A stretch of DNA of 63,684 bases, filler included. It is 3 parts of 3 records of this genome, joined end to end, with 100 filler letters (N's around TTAATTAATTAA, not from the genome) between each part and the next. Parts side by side here need not be neighbours in the genome. Positions count along the whole stretch, not along the records: positions 1 to 26,787 come from SRR20825019_1991; 2 more parts are not named here. One strand, given 5' to 3'. The notes under the pieces are model-generated. The model was not told the origin of the DNA and did no database searches. It saw only the letters and a list, made by a program, of their open reading frames with translations. A program made the position numbers and the translations under genes. Positions 1 to 10,381 of this stretch are shown piece after piece (position 1 is the stretch's first letter; every line of letters begins with the position of its first letter).

Positions 1-26
1 CCCCCCCCCCCCCCCCCCCCCCCCCA
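1..26. repeat. poly-C tract at contig start
   Basis: 26 consecutive C; contig A also ends in a C-rich run (26762-26782). Confidence 0.9.
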
Positions 27-164
27 GCGGTGCGCTAGCCCCCAAGATCTGGTGTAATTCCTGATCACCACAGGTATACATAAATTATAATCCAAGTTGA
101 TATGCAAAGGTGTTCATAGCAACCCCCTTCGAAGAACTTGTCCACTTCATTTAAATACTTTAAA

Positions 165-368
165 ATGCACTACACTGACTTCTACAAGGGTAAGATGCCT
201 CGCTCCAACAGCGTGGAGTTCAAGACCGAGCAGTTCAGCTCCCCCGTCAAGGCAAAGAAGGCTGTTCTCAGCGACGTAACCAACAAGCCCAGTGCCCCCA
301 AGGCCGCGACCAAGGCTTCCCGCAACGCTGCTGACCACCAGAACATGGAGGTCCCTCCCCTTCGCTAA
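165..368 (+). CDS. small basic protein (67 aa) with D-box-like and CDK-site motifs
   Basis: ATG in AAA-ATG context after an AT-rich leader; strongly biased codons (AAG, TTC, GCT); motifs SSPVK and KAVLSDVTN. Confidence 0.55.
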   Translation: MHYTDFYKGKMPRSNSVEFKTEQFSSPVKAKKAVLSDVTNKPSAPKAATKASRNAADHQNMEVPPLR

Positions 369-889
369 ATGATCACTATCATGTGCGTGGCTCGCATGGG
401 ACCGTCGAGACCATTGTAGTGAAGTGTGATCACCATATAACGGTACCCATTGGTTGCCGGTAGCCACCGTGCTTCTGTGTACGGTTCATTGACCTGGCAA
501 CCGTTTCTTTCTGGTGTCTTGGCATGCCGCCTCGACTCAGTTACTGTACTATGATAACAATTAAAAGAACAATCGCCAACATTGGGTGTGCTTCTTCAAA
601 TATTTTCAAAAACAAATCAATATTCGGAACTCTCTTTTATACGCTTGGCTACCCTGCTATGGAATAGGGCACAGGCTGATAGATCGCTGAGCGGTTCCTT
701 GCCAGTAGTTAATGCGTGTGTGAGGCCTCCTCCATGCATCGTGCTAACTTGTGCTGCAAGGTGACTCCATGACGCCGGATGTCCACCCCCTGGTACTAAC
801 CAAGCGATGCCGTCGATGGGCGATGTCGGAGGCGCGCACACCCTCTCAAGAAGTCTCTGGGGCCGTGGACTAAACATCCCTCGCAGTCA

Positions 890-2028
890 TTACACCGCAG
901 TCTTCCTGTCATGCCTATAGATACGGAACTGATACAAGATGATGCAATCCACCACTATCTGGGTCACACCGCACATTGTAAACTGCAAAATGAGGGTGGC
1001 TCAGCCCCGGTGAAATAATAGCTGTTTGAACAGTACCTGCAGAGGTGCCGAGCCCAAAATGAAATACACAGTCTTGAACGAATCTCCCAACAGCCACGAG
1101 ATTATTAAGAATATGCTCAATCCCTCCGTCGACTTGCGCTTATTGTTTGATATCATCTGAACATTGTCGAGCCCATTTAGTTTCATCTCTGCCCACCAGC
1201 TGCGTGGGCCACTCACCTGTGGGACACCCAGAACGGCCTCGATTCCATTCGCAAAGAATCCCAATAACTCCACATACCAGCCCTGACTAAGGAGGGGCAT
1301 GGTCACAAATCCGGTCAATACTGCAAACAAGCCAATGGCCAGTGCTGCATATTTCAGTGAGTCAACGTCCCACAAAACCATCGCGATCGTACCATAACTG
1401 CCAAAGTCATCCCATTTCCAGAAGTTCCCCCGGAGATCTATTCATCGATCATTGGGTGAACCACAAGCACACATCAGAAGTACTCATACCTTGGACATCG
1501 AGACTAAGGTATCTAGGCTGTCTCTTCTCCATAATCCAGATCGGGGTCTTGCCGCTGTTCCGCATACGAATGCAAAGCTGTAGCGGCCACACTTAGAAAG
1601 GAGCTTCTCAAAGCAGTTTTCGGCACGAACCTCCAGCAACAAAAACTGTGCAAATATCATCACAAATGACTGATACAGCAGAATCATATCAAATCTCTTT
1701 CCAAACCTACGGTGAGTCAGTTACCCAAGGGCAAACCCAGCCACGTCTTTGTTCATACCAGAAATACACACGCAACACGTTACAGGTGAGCAATATCAAG
1801 CACACCCGCGTGGAAAATCCCTCAGAGTTCCGTGACTTCAGGATTTCCTGAATGATTATAGAATATAAGCACCAGCAGCAAAAGGGTGCTCGTTAGCGGC
1901 AGGTGCAGGGCACGTACGATATATTGAGGGAGATAGCCCGTGAGAGGGCCGATGACCATCATGATGGTTGAAAAGCCCACAACCACCCACACCGTCCAGT
2001 CCCACAGGCCAAGCATGACTTCGGCCAT
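890..2028 (-). CDS. PQ-loop repeat membrane protein (SLC66A2/PQLC1/Any1-like), multi-exon
   Basis: Manually spliced exons: GYLPQYI|EILKSRNSEGFSTRVCLILLTCNVLRVYFW|FGKRFD..QSFVMIFAQ|..FWKWDDFGSY|..IEAVLGVPQ|MISNNKRKSTEGLS..WLLGDSFKTVYF..APLQ|FTMCGVTQIVVD; two PQ motifs; GT-AG introns. Confidence 0.9.
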
Positions 2029-2576
2029 GTTGGCGCTGAAGGTGTGGATAGGGAGGGAGAGTATGTATTTCTTGTTGTAAGGGCCGGGCAGGGCCCAAAG
2101 GAGTGCCGAAGCGCTTGGCGCGGACGGGCCGTTCACCGGCACGGTCGAGCAGGCGGCGCCCGTCACGGTGTAGGGCCGACGGCGGGCCTGGCGGCGGCAG
2201 CCGGGGCCGCGGGCCGCCCACGTAGCGTCCCGGCCCGGGCCCGCGTCACGGCCGGGCGCGCTTCACGCCCCGGGCCCGGCCCGCCCTGCAGGCGGTGACT
2301 GGCCGGGGGAGGAGCCGGGACGGGCCGCCGAGCCGGAGCGGTCGGAGGGCACCGTGCCGAGACACCCCCGGTCGGCCGGCGGGGCCGCGTCCGCCGGCTC
2401 GGTCGGGCCGCTCCAACCGCCGATCGATTTGGAACGACTCTGAGCGTCACGTGGCGGTACGCCCCCCCATGCCCTGTCAGTCGACCTCGGTAGAGGAGGA
2501 ACTCCTTTGAAATCACCCAGACCCTCACCATCGGCATCTTTCATAGAAGGCATGTAAATGAAAAGAATATGTTTAA

Positions 2577-4988
2577 TCATTCCTCCGTCCCGACGGCTAC
2601 AGAAGACACCACTCCTGACTGGCCACTCTCAAATGTTTCTGAGGGAGGGCTGTTCACCCCGACCTCGTCCGAACCCCCGATAATAGATCCGCGCCCCACC
2701 GCAGGGATGGCTAGAGGAGCAGGTATGGCAAGTGGAGGGGCGGACGGGTGCTCCATAGCATCCACTGCCTCCTCACCGCCGGCTTGAGACCCGGCCTTCA
2801 TCTTGGCCAGATCAGCATTAGTCTTGGCGGCCTGCTCGGCACTCATCTGTTTCTTCATCTCCTCGGCAACTTTGTTATCTACGCCAATCTGTGGCCCCGC
2901 AGTGCTGTTGGCAAGCAGTTGATCCGCCAGTGTGCTGTTCTCCACAGACATCTTCCCCGCGTCAATAGGAGTCGGGTGCAGCGTGGATCCGTTCACCGGT
3001 ACTGTGCCATTGCTGTTGTCGACAACATTCATCTTATCCCATTCGTTCGTATCGTTGGTTGCGCCGGACAGCTGCGGGTTCGATAGAGACGTGTCGTTGA
3101 GACCTGCTTTGAGGTCACCCATCTCATCAGTCCACAGTGTGGAGTTCGCCCCATCCCCGGCAGCCCTGAGCTCCCACTCTGCTTGGTGTTTCTCATCCTC
3201 AGCCTTTTGTTGGTAGCTCTCAATGATTTGCTGCTCCTTCGCGATCTCCTCGCGGATCTCCGCCTGCCTCTGTTCATGCTCAGCCTTGCTCTGCTCATGC
3301 GCTTCCTTCATCTTGACATGGAACTCGGCGGCCTTGCTGTGCATGAGCGTCTGCAGATCAGGCATGCCCTGCTGCAGCTGTTCAAGCTCTTCAACACGTT
3401 TCTTGGCCTCCGCAAGCCGGTCCCTGACATCCAACATCTCCTGCCGGGCGGCATCCGCCATGGCAGAAATCTCCTGCGGCTCATTCTGCGCACGGCGTTC
3501 GTCCTTGCTGGGCGGATTCACCAGGCCCGAGGCCCACTTGACGTGATCTTCAGCCTGCATCTCGCTGTTCTCCTGATCTTGCTGCTCCTGCTTCGACACC
3601 CAGTCGCTCTTGGAGTTTGCCGCCTCGTTCTGGGCCTGCATTCTGGCGAAATCCTTCTCATCCATAGACATCTTCATCTTCATCTCCATTTGTGCGCGCT
3701 TGGCCTTCTGAGCCTCCAAGTCCGATTGGATCATATTCTGCTCTAGCTGCTTGATTTGACTTCGCATATTTTCTATCTTCTTCTCCGCCTCCTGCCGCTT
3801 AGACATGTCCTTCGACCGCAGTGCCTTCATCAGTTGCATCCTCAGCATCATGAGCTTATACTGCTCCTCAGGCATGGTCTTTCTGAGAGCCTTGAGCCTG
3901 TCCATTTCATCAGACAAGTTCTGCACAAAGTCCTCCTGCTTTGCCAGCGCAGCCCGAGCCCTTCCCACCGGGTCCGTGATATTAAACTTGTCACCGTCCA
4001 GAAGCATTCCGGCGATCAAGGGATCGGCAGTGGTGGTTACATTCGTGCCAAATGTACCGTTCACAGGGGTAGTACTGTTCCCTGCGTCGTCGTCGAGACT
4101 ATCACCGTCAGGCGGGGCCTCCGCATCATTTGGGTCCACCTTGCTCCCCAATTTTTCAAGATTTTTGTAGCCATCTGCAGGGTCGATAAGGCTCTTCTTC
4201 TCATTCACACACTGCTCGATGCAGGCTTGGGAAACTGTCCCATTCGCTGGGGCCGCCTTGTCCTCAGGCGCCGCCGCCGCATCGTCCTCCTGCGCCTTCT
4301 TCTTGCACTCCTCTTTGCACATTTCCCTCGCGTCCTCGATCGACTTCGGCTTGACCTTCTGCTCGCTCAGAGGAAGGTCTGCATCTGCATCCTCAGCCGC
4401 CTTCTCCTGTGCGGCCTTCACCTTCTCAGCCTGAGTTGCCTGGGCCTCCTTGACAGCCTCTTCCTGTGCGTTCGCAGGTGGAGCGGCATCGTCGTCATCT
4501 TCGGAGCCGTCAGGCGTCATGTCTCCCTGTCGAGTCTTAAGCTCGTCTTGAACAGCCTTAGCAACGGCGTCTTCGTTCACCCCAATGTTATTCCCAGAGT
4601 TCTTCCCCGCATCCGCGGCTTTCTTCGCAGCGTCACCGGCGCCGGCTTGGGCACCGCCGTCCTTCTTATCGCCGGCTCCATCCTTCTTGTCCCCCGCCGC
4701 TTCCTTTGCATCACCAGCAGGCTTTGCATCACCAACAGGCTTTGCATCGGCATTCGCACCAGCTGCCGCGGCAGGAGGATCGGGGTCGTCACCCGCAGCT
4801 TGATCGGCTGCTTTATCTTCTTCGGGCATAGAAACCGCGTTCTCTGTTCGTATCACACCGCTCGCTGCAACTTGGAGGGCGGCCACCTCCCCCCTCAGAA
4901 GGGAGGGGCGCGGCCTTACACTACCAGCCGGCAGGACAGTGGCCGTCACAAGCAGGACCACCAGCCACGCCTGTAAAGACGAAGCCAT
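2577..4988 (-). CDS. secreted acidic/coiled-coil hypothetical protein, 803 aa, intronless
   Basis: Long open frame; N-terminal hydrophobic signal (WLVVLLVTATVLPAGS); E/K/Q/M-rich helical core; many N-x-S/T sequons; CKEEC and CIEQC. Confidence 0.85.
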   Translation of the reverse strand: MASSLQAWLVVLLVTATVLPAGSVRPRPSLLRGEVAALQVAASGVIRTENAVSMPEEDKAADQAAGDDPDPPAAAAGANADAKPVGDAKPAGDAKEAAGDKKDGAGDKKDGGAQAGAGDAAKKAADAGKNSGNNIGVNEDAVAKAVQDELKTRQGDMTPDGSEDDDDAAPPANAQEEAVKEAQATQAEKVKAAQEKAAEDADADLPLSEQKVKPKSIEDAREMCKEECKKKAQEDDAAAAPEDKAAPANGTVSQACIEQCVNEKKSLIDPADGYKNLEKLGSKVDPNDAEAPPDGDSLDDDAGNSTTPVNGTFGTNVTTTADPLIAGMLLDGDKFNITDPVGRARAALAKQEDFVQNLSDEMDRLKALRKTMPEEQYKLMMLRMQLMKALRSKDMSKRQEAEKKIENMRSQIKQLEQNMIQSDLEAQKAKRAQMEMKMKMSMDEKDFARMQAQNEAANSKSDWVSKQEQQDQENSEMQAEDHVKWASGLVNPPSKDERRAQNEPQEISAMADAARQEMLDVRDRLAEAKKRVEELEQLQQGMPDLQTLMHSKAAEFHVKMKEAHEQSKAEHEQRQAEIREEIAKEQQIIESYQQKAEDEKHQAEWELRAAGDGANSTLWTDEMGDLKAGLNDTSLSNPQLSGATNDTNEWDKMNVVDNSNGTVPVNGSTLHPTPIDAGKMSVENSTLADQLLANSTAGPQIGVDNKVAEEMKKQMSAEQAAKTNADLAKMKAGSQAGGEEAVDAMEHPSAPPLAIPAPLAIPAVGRGSIIGGSDEVGVNSPPSETFESGQSGVVSSVAVGTEE

Positions 4989-5977
4989 GACGGCAGTCGA
5001 GACGGTTGCACCTGAAGGTTGTAGAAGTGCACAGTTCCATATGTATAGCGTGAAGGGGAAAGTTCAGTGCGGGGCTTGTGGGGCCTTTGGCCAAGATGGC
5101 TGCCCCTCTGGGCCGAGCTGTTGCCGTGTGGCGAGTCTGGCGACGGAGGACTAAGCCAAAAAGGGCGGTTCTATTGGCTGCAAAACTGCGCCGCGGCGGC
5201 TCCACCAAACGGGCGGACAGCGGCGCACTCTGGCCGGCGCACCATAGCAACGCGGCCCCGCTCCGGGCGGCCGGCTCGGCGCCGGTCACTGGCCGGGAGC
5301 TGCCGGCGCGGCCGCCGGGGACGACCAGCCCGGCTCGGCCGCGAGTCAGCGCGCCGCGGGGACTGCCGTGCGGCCGGGCCGCGGGCGGCGGGCGGCCCCC
5401 GGCAGCGGGCCGGCGGCGGGCTCGTCCGGCGCGGCGGGGCCCCGCCCACCGGCACTGAGCAAGCCGCCTGCCTACACATTCTGCTATTCTGCTTCAAATT
5501 GAACGAAATCTCAATATAACGAAAACGAGTAGGTGATTTTGTGAAGGGATTGCGTGCCAAAGTCACTGGGCCGTGCGCGACGGCTGACCAGTGGCGGCTC
5601 ACTGCGGTCGTCTGCCGGCGCGCGGCTGATGAGGCGTGCAGTGCCCGGGCCCCCCGCCGGCCGGCCCAGTGCCCCGGGCCCCCGTCTGATGAGACGGGCA
5701 TGGCCCAAGATCGGACTTTGTGCAGGCAGACCATCAAGTTTCGGGCTGGCAAAAGCCCGGCCAAACTCAGAGGAACACCGCAAAAGCCAGGCCATAGACA
5801 GTCCCGCCCTGTCTCCGGCTGCCCAACGGCGACCGCGCAAACCTCCAAGTCAACCCCAGGCGGAGGGTCCTGCGTCCGCACCCACGGCCCCCATTCCACC
5901 ATGCCCTCGACTGGGAGACCGAAACGCGCACACATAAATGTGACTACCGCGCGTGTAAGTTGTGTAGGTGTAGTGCG

Positions 5978-7174
5978 ATGCGGAGTGTTCTAGTTCTCCT
6001 GCTTGTCACGTATGTCGGGCTTGCCTTGAGCAAACCATTGGCGCTCCACAAAGGCGATTCTTCTGCCCTTATTTCGCGCCTCGGCGTCAGGGGGGATACT
6101 CTGCTCTCCCTCCGTGAAGACGCCGCGGAGTTCACGGTGGACCGTGACGTGACCATCACCGGTGACCTCAAGGTGGACGGGACTGTCAGCACCTCGATCC
6201 TCAAGAGCAGGCATGGCCCGGTGGTTGTTGACGATGATATGGAAGTCAGGGGCGCGGTGAAGGCTCAAGTTCTTTCTGTAACTGGTGATGCCTCCATAGC
6301 CGGCAGGCTCATCACGGATACCCTGCGTGCGCCCTCGCGTCTCCTGAAGATTGAGGGTAACGTTGATGTCAAGGGCACACTGTTCGTTCCTACGATCCAG
6401 TCTGAAGGGGGGGTGACGCACATCCAGGACAACCTGGAGGTGACCGGGGAGACGAGGGCGCGTAAGGTGGTGATATCAGGCGGTGAGCTGAACCTGAACG
6501 GCGACATGGCTGTCACTGGTGTTGTGAACGCAAACTACCTCAAGCCCCAGACGGGTCTTGTGACCGTCAAGAGCGCTATCAAGGTAGAGAAGGAGCTTCA
6601 AACACGGCTGATCCGTGCGGAGCGCGTGACAGTCGAGGGTGGGCTCGCGGTCGAGGGTACTCTTGAGACGATGGCTCTCCGCTCCGAAACAGGAATAGTC
6701 GATATCAACGGACTGCAGATCGTGAAACACAACAAGACGACCTTCTTTGAGGATAAGCACTCGCGCGCTGACCAGAAGTACATCGAGTTCCAGAAGCTGG
6801 AAATGGTGGTGGGAGACACGTCGATGATCAACTTGAAGACCACCGTGGTCAACCTGGGAGTGGACAAGGTGGAATTGTTCGCGGGGCACATGCTCTGTCC
6901 GGGCAAGCTCGACGTGGCCGTGCGGGCCTCAGAAGGGAGTTTGGCGGTGTTTACGATATACACGTCATCGTTGGTGGGCGGGGGCCATCAGTTCGGCTCC
7001 AATGGGAATGTGAAGAGCCATGACCATGGCCACTTCGATGTCTATGGTCTGGGGGACAACGTGGTGTACTCATTCAAGTTCTCCCGGACGGACTGCAGGC
7101 TGCGGCTGAATGCGAACAAGGTTACCAAGGGCGACACCACCATCTCTGTCATGCACACCGCATTCAACTTTTAG
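5978..7174 (+). CDS. secreted beta-helix-like repeat protein (bactofilin/tail-spike-like VxGxLxVxG repeats), intronless
   Basis: Signal MRSVLVLLLVTYVGLALS; ~8 repeats of mostly 24 aa, e.g. VTITGDLKVDGTVSTSILKSRHGP and LKIEGNVDVKGTLFVPTIQSEGGV. Confidence 0.85.
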   Translation: MRSVLVLLLVTYVGLALSKPLALHKGDSSALISRLGVRGDTLLSLREDAAEFTVDRDVTITGDLKVDGTVSTSILKSRHGPVVVDDDMEVRGAVKAQVLSVTGDASIAGRLITDTLRAPSRLLKIEGNVDVKGTLFVPTIQSEGGVTHIQDNLEVTGETRARKVVISGGELNLNGDMAVTGVVNANYLKPQTGLVTVKSAIKVEKELQTRLIRAERVTVEGGLAVEGTLETMALRSETGIVDINGLQIVKHNKTTFFEDKHSRADQKYIEFQKLEMVVGDTSMINLKTTVVNLGVDKVELFAGHMLCPGKLDVAVRASEGSLAVFTIYTSSLVGGGHQFGSNGNVKSHDHGHFDVYGLGDNVVYSFKFSRTDCRLRLNANKVTKGDTTISVMHTAFNF

Positions 7175-7325
7175 CCCCTCGCAGTCGCAATAGTGTATTT
7201 TAACATGTTTGTGCTCACGTGAGCCAGTGGGAGCAGTCCGGGCTGGCTCGGTTGCCAAGCCCGACCCGTCACACGGAGGGTCGGTCCACCACGCGAATAA
7301 AACTGCGCAGCAATATGTCGCTTGC

Positions 7326-9095
7326 TCAATCTCTGAATATTTCCTGCACGATGCGGCGATACGGGTTGCTAATGAGTGTGGCATCCTTGCGATAGCAGTA
7401 CATTAAGGCAGACATGGCCGCGGTGAACACCATCACATTTCCATATTGCAGATCCACCAGGCGGCCCTTACGCACGCCATTGCGCCACAAATTGTCGAGC
7501 GCGCGAGGGATGATATACAACGCAAGCTCCTGCCGCCTGGACTTCTGCTCCACAAATATGCCCAGGCCTGCAATGATGCCGCACAGCCAATACTTCGCTC
7601 TGAAGGGGCTCTTGCTGTACATGGCGTTGGTGGCGCAAATCGCTGCCTGATAAATGGAGACGAAACTCCCCAGGAAGGCGCACGACCTCATCGTGCCGAA
7701 TAGAACCTTGGATATGAGCGTGGTGGGCCTGTGATTCACGCCGTATCAGTCCTTAGTTCACCACCGAGACGAACGTTTGCTTACCGTTTGAATATTTGCA
7801 GCGGCTTAAACACAAGTTTGGGGAGGAGGTGGATTGTGCCGTACAACGGGAAGGACTTGCGGCACACGTCGGTAAACACGTTGGACCAGTGAATTGGGCC
7901 GCACCCACTTCCAGGGTGAAGGTACTCGCAGTTGACGGCGACAGTGCTGGCATCGGGAATGGGAATGTTGTGCTTGTTGCAATAGGGAGCAAGTTCACTG
8001 TCGGGGGTTCAGTGGCGCGCGGATCGACAACATACGACAGGATTACCCCAGGCGATGCGGCAGTCCATAGGAGTTGTCGCTCACAGCGTGAAGAATGCTC
8101 TCGTCAATGGGGCCTGGTGCACGGGCGTGTTAGTTACGGTGCCACACCACGAAGGTCACCTGGCTACATACCCATCTTGACAATGAACTTGTAGTACGAC
8201 TTGGGCAGAGTCTCAGGCGCCATCACATAGGAATACATGATCTGAGAAATCACCATGAGATGAGCGGTTTACAACCATCCTCCCTCCGCCCTTGTACCTG
8301 TGCGCTGCATATGGCAAATGCAATGAAATCGGAGTGCGGGATACGAGGAATGACGCCTTGACGGGTCATGTTTCGCAGCACCGCCTCCCACGCACGTGCA
8401 AAGATATACAAGGCCACTGTTGTGCGGTCGGAGGCCGGGGCGGCGATCAACGAGAGGCTTGACTACAGCGCAAATTGGTTAGTATTGCCGATGAGTCCAA
8501 AGGTCCGGGTGTTGCTCATACCACTGCCCCGGCCACCACAGGGTTGACGCTATCCTCCTTCTTCCGGATTTGACGCATCAGGCAGTCTGGCCACACCCAT
8601 ACAGTCAGCACGGCAGCGTGCTGCTTGCAAGCATGCAACTTACCCACTGACTTGAACGACCCACTAAGCAGTCCAATGAACAACCCTGTGCGGACCAGCT
8701 CAGGCTTGCTCAAGATAGCAAGGAGCTTGCGAGGTCTAGAGATTTGCAACGAGTCAGCGACATTCACCCACGCCGGACAAGCCATACTTTTTGTACAGGC
8801 GCTTCGCAACCAACCCGAAGAGCAAAACCAAAGCACCCCTCACGCAGTAACCCATGGCAAAGCCGCGGCCCATTCCCTTCAGCGCGTTAAGATAGCACGG
8901 GTGGGCATGCACACACAGCCCTTGGCGCAGCTTTGGGCCCGACGGCTGGTGTGTAGTTAGTCTCAACACTCTACACCGACTGCGCAAACTCACAGGCGCG
9001 GGCGGTTTCTCCCGACAGGCATCGTCGAAGGCCTCAGAGCACCGGCCTATGGAGGCGAGCTTAATAATATCCTTATCTGGAATCCTCTTCGCCAT
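7326..9095 (-). CDS. TMEM135: transmembrane protein 135 family, multi-exon
   Basis: Exons: CVHAHPCYLNALKGMGRGFAMGY, RTTVALYIFARAWE, AQIMYSYVMAPETLPKSYYKFI, RSCAFLGSFVSIY, EQKSRRQELALYIIPRAL; one intron has a TACTAAC branch site. Confidence 0.85.
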
Positions 9096-10381
9096 GACCT
9101 CACTGTAGCCATTGGGAACCCCCACAATATAAAACCAAGGCTCAATGCACCGACGGTTGGCGTTGGCCTGGCTGCGTTTGGCCTGTTGAAAGTTGCGTGA
9201 GCGACACCAGGCTGGGCTATACGGACGAAATGTCGTGGCCGGTCCGGTCGGTCGGGCCTGACACCTGTCTGTGTCACCCACGAGGGACGACGCGCCGGCG
9301 GACTGCCGCCAGCGAGTTGGGTGGCCGGAGTCCGGTTTGTAGTGCTGCGGGGCCGGGTCGGCGCCGTCAGTCACTCAGCCAGCGCAAGTGTGTTGCGAAG
9401 CGGCAGGGGGGCGCGGGCGGGCCCCGGCCGCCGCCGGGTCCGCGAGCCAGGCCGGACTCGGGCCCTGCGCGGGCCGCCCCGGGTGCCGACTCTTGCCCAG
9501 ACCTGACCCGAACGAGAGGTATCTATATGGACACATGTCCACATAAAATCGAGATATCACGTGATCGTCGTGGTGTCGAACGGCAGCCTGCCGTGCCGTT
9601 CCCACTGCCGTGCTACCCAGCGCCACCATTGAACAAGGAACAGGGTGACGCCACTGGCCGGCCGTCAGTCCTCAGCTTTACTTACCTGACGCACCCGGCA
9701 CCCGTCGCCAGTCCGAGTGCGCCTGCGGCAGCGGATGAGATCGCGGTCCTGCCGGTGGCCAAACTACCGTACGGTACCGGCTGCCCGCTGCCCACCGCGG
9801 CACGCGCAAGAACCACGCTTGCGGTCAGGGTACGGCCGTACCCGTACCGGTACGGTCAGGTCGGGTGAACTGGCCACGAGCAGCACCGTCCGGCAGTGAG
9901 CCGGAGTCAGGGACCCCGTCACTGACTGCCACCCGGCCTCCGGGGCGCGTCAGCCGCGGCGGGGCCGGCACGGGACCCGAGCCCGAGCGGCGGCGCCGCG
10001 AAAGGCCGGGCCGGCCCGGCCTGCCGGCCGGCCGGCCGGGCCCGGCCTGCGTGCCGGGTCGGGCCCACCCGGCCGCCCCCGGCCCGGCCCGCCAGCCGGA
10101 TATCCTCGGTCACGGTAGCTGATCACCGCCGGCCTGCCGATGCCCCCGCCCGCCAGTGAGTAGGCTCGGTTGCTGGCCGTTCATGTCGTGGCCACCACCC
10201 GGCACGCGGCGACTTTCAACAATCATACCGCCCTTGGGCAGTTCCCTCGGTGCTCTGGCCCAGTAGTGTACTGGAAAGGCATTCTGTACTGAGTGGAAGA
10301 GTATATTTACAGGCGCACTGACTATGAGTGTCTACACAGTCTCAAAGGGGTGCACTGGGAACGGTCCATCGACCGAACGCG

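Noticed and set aside
1-26. Poly-C ends as telomeres or nanochromosome caps
   Set aside because: Both ends are C-rich on the same strand with no telomeric unit; more likely assembly breaks at homopolymers in GC islands
3756-4976. 406-aa ORF antisense to the 803-aa gene
   Set aside because: Shadow frame produced by the codon bias of the real minus-strand gene
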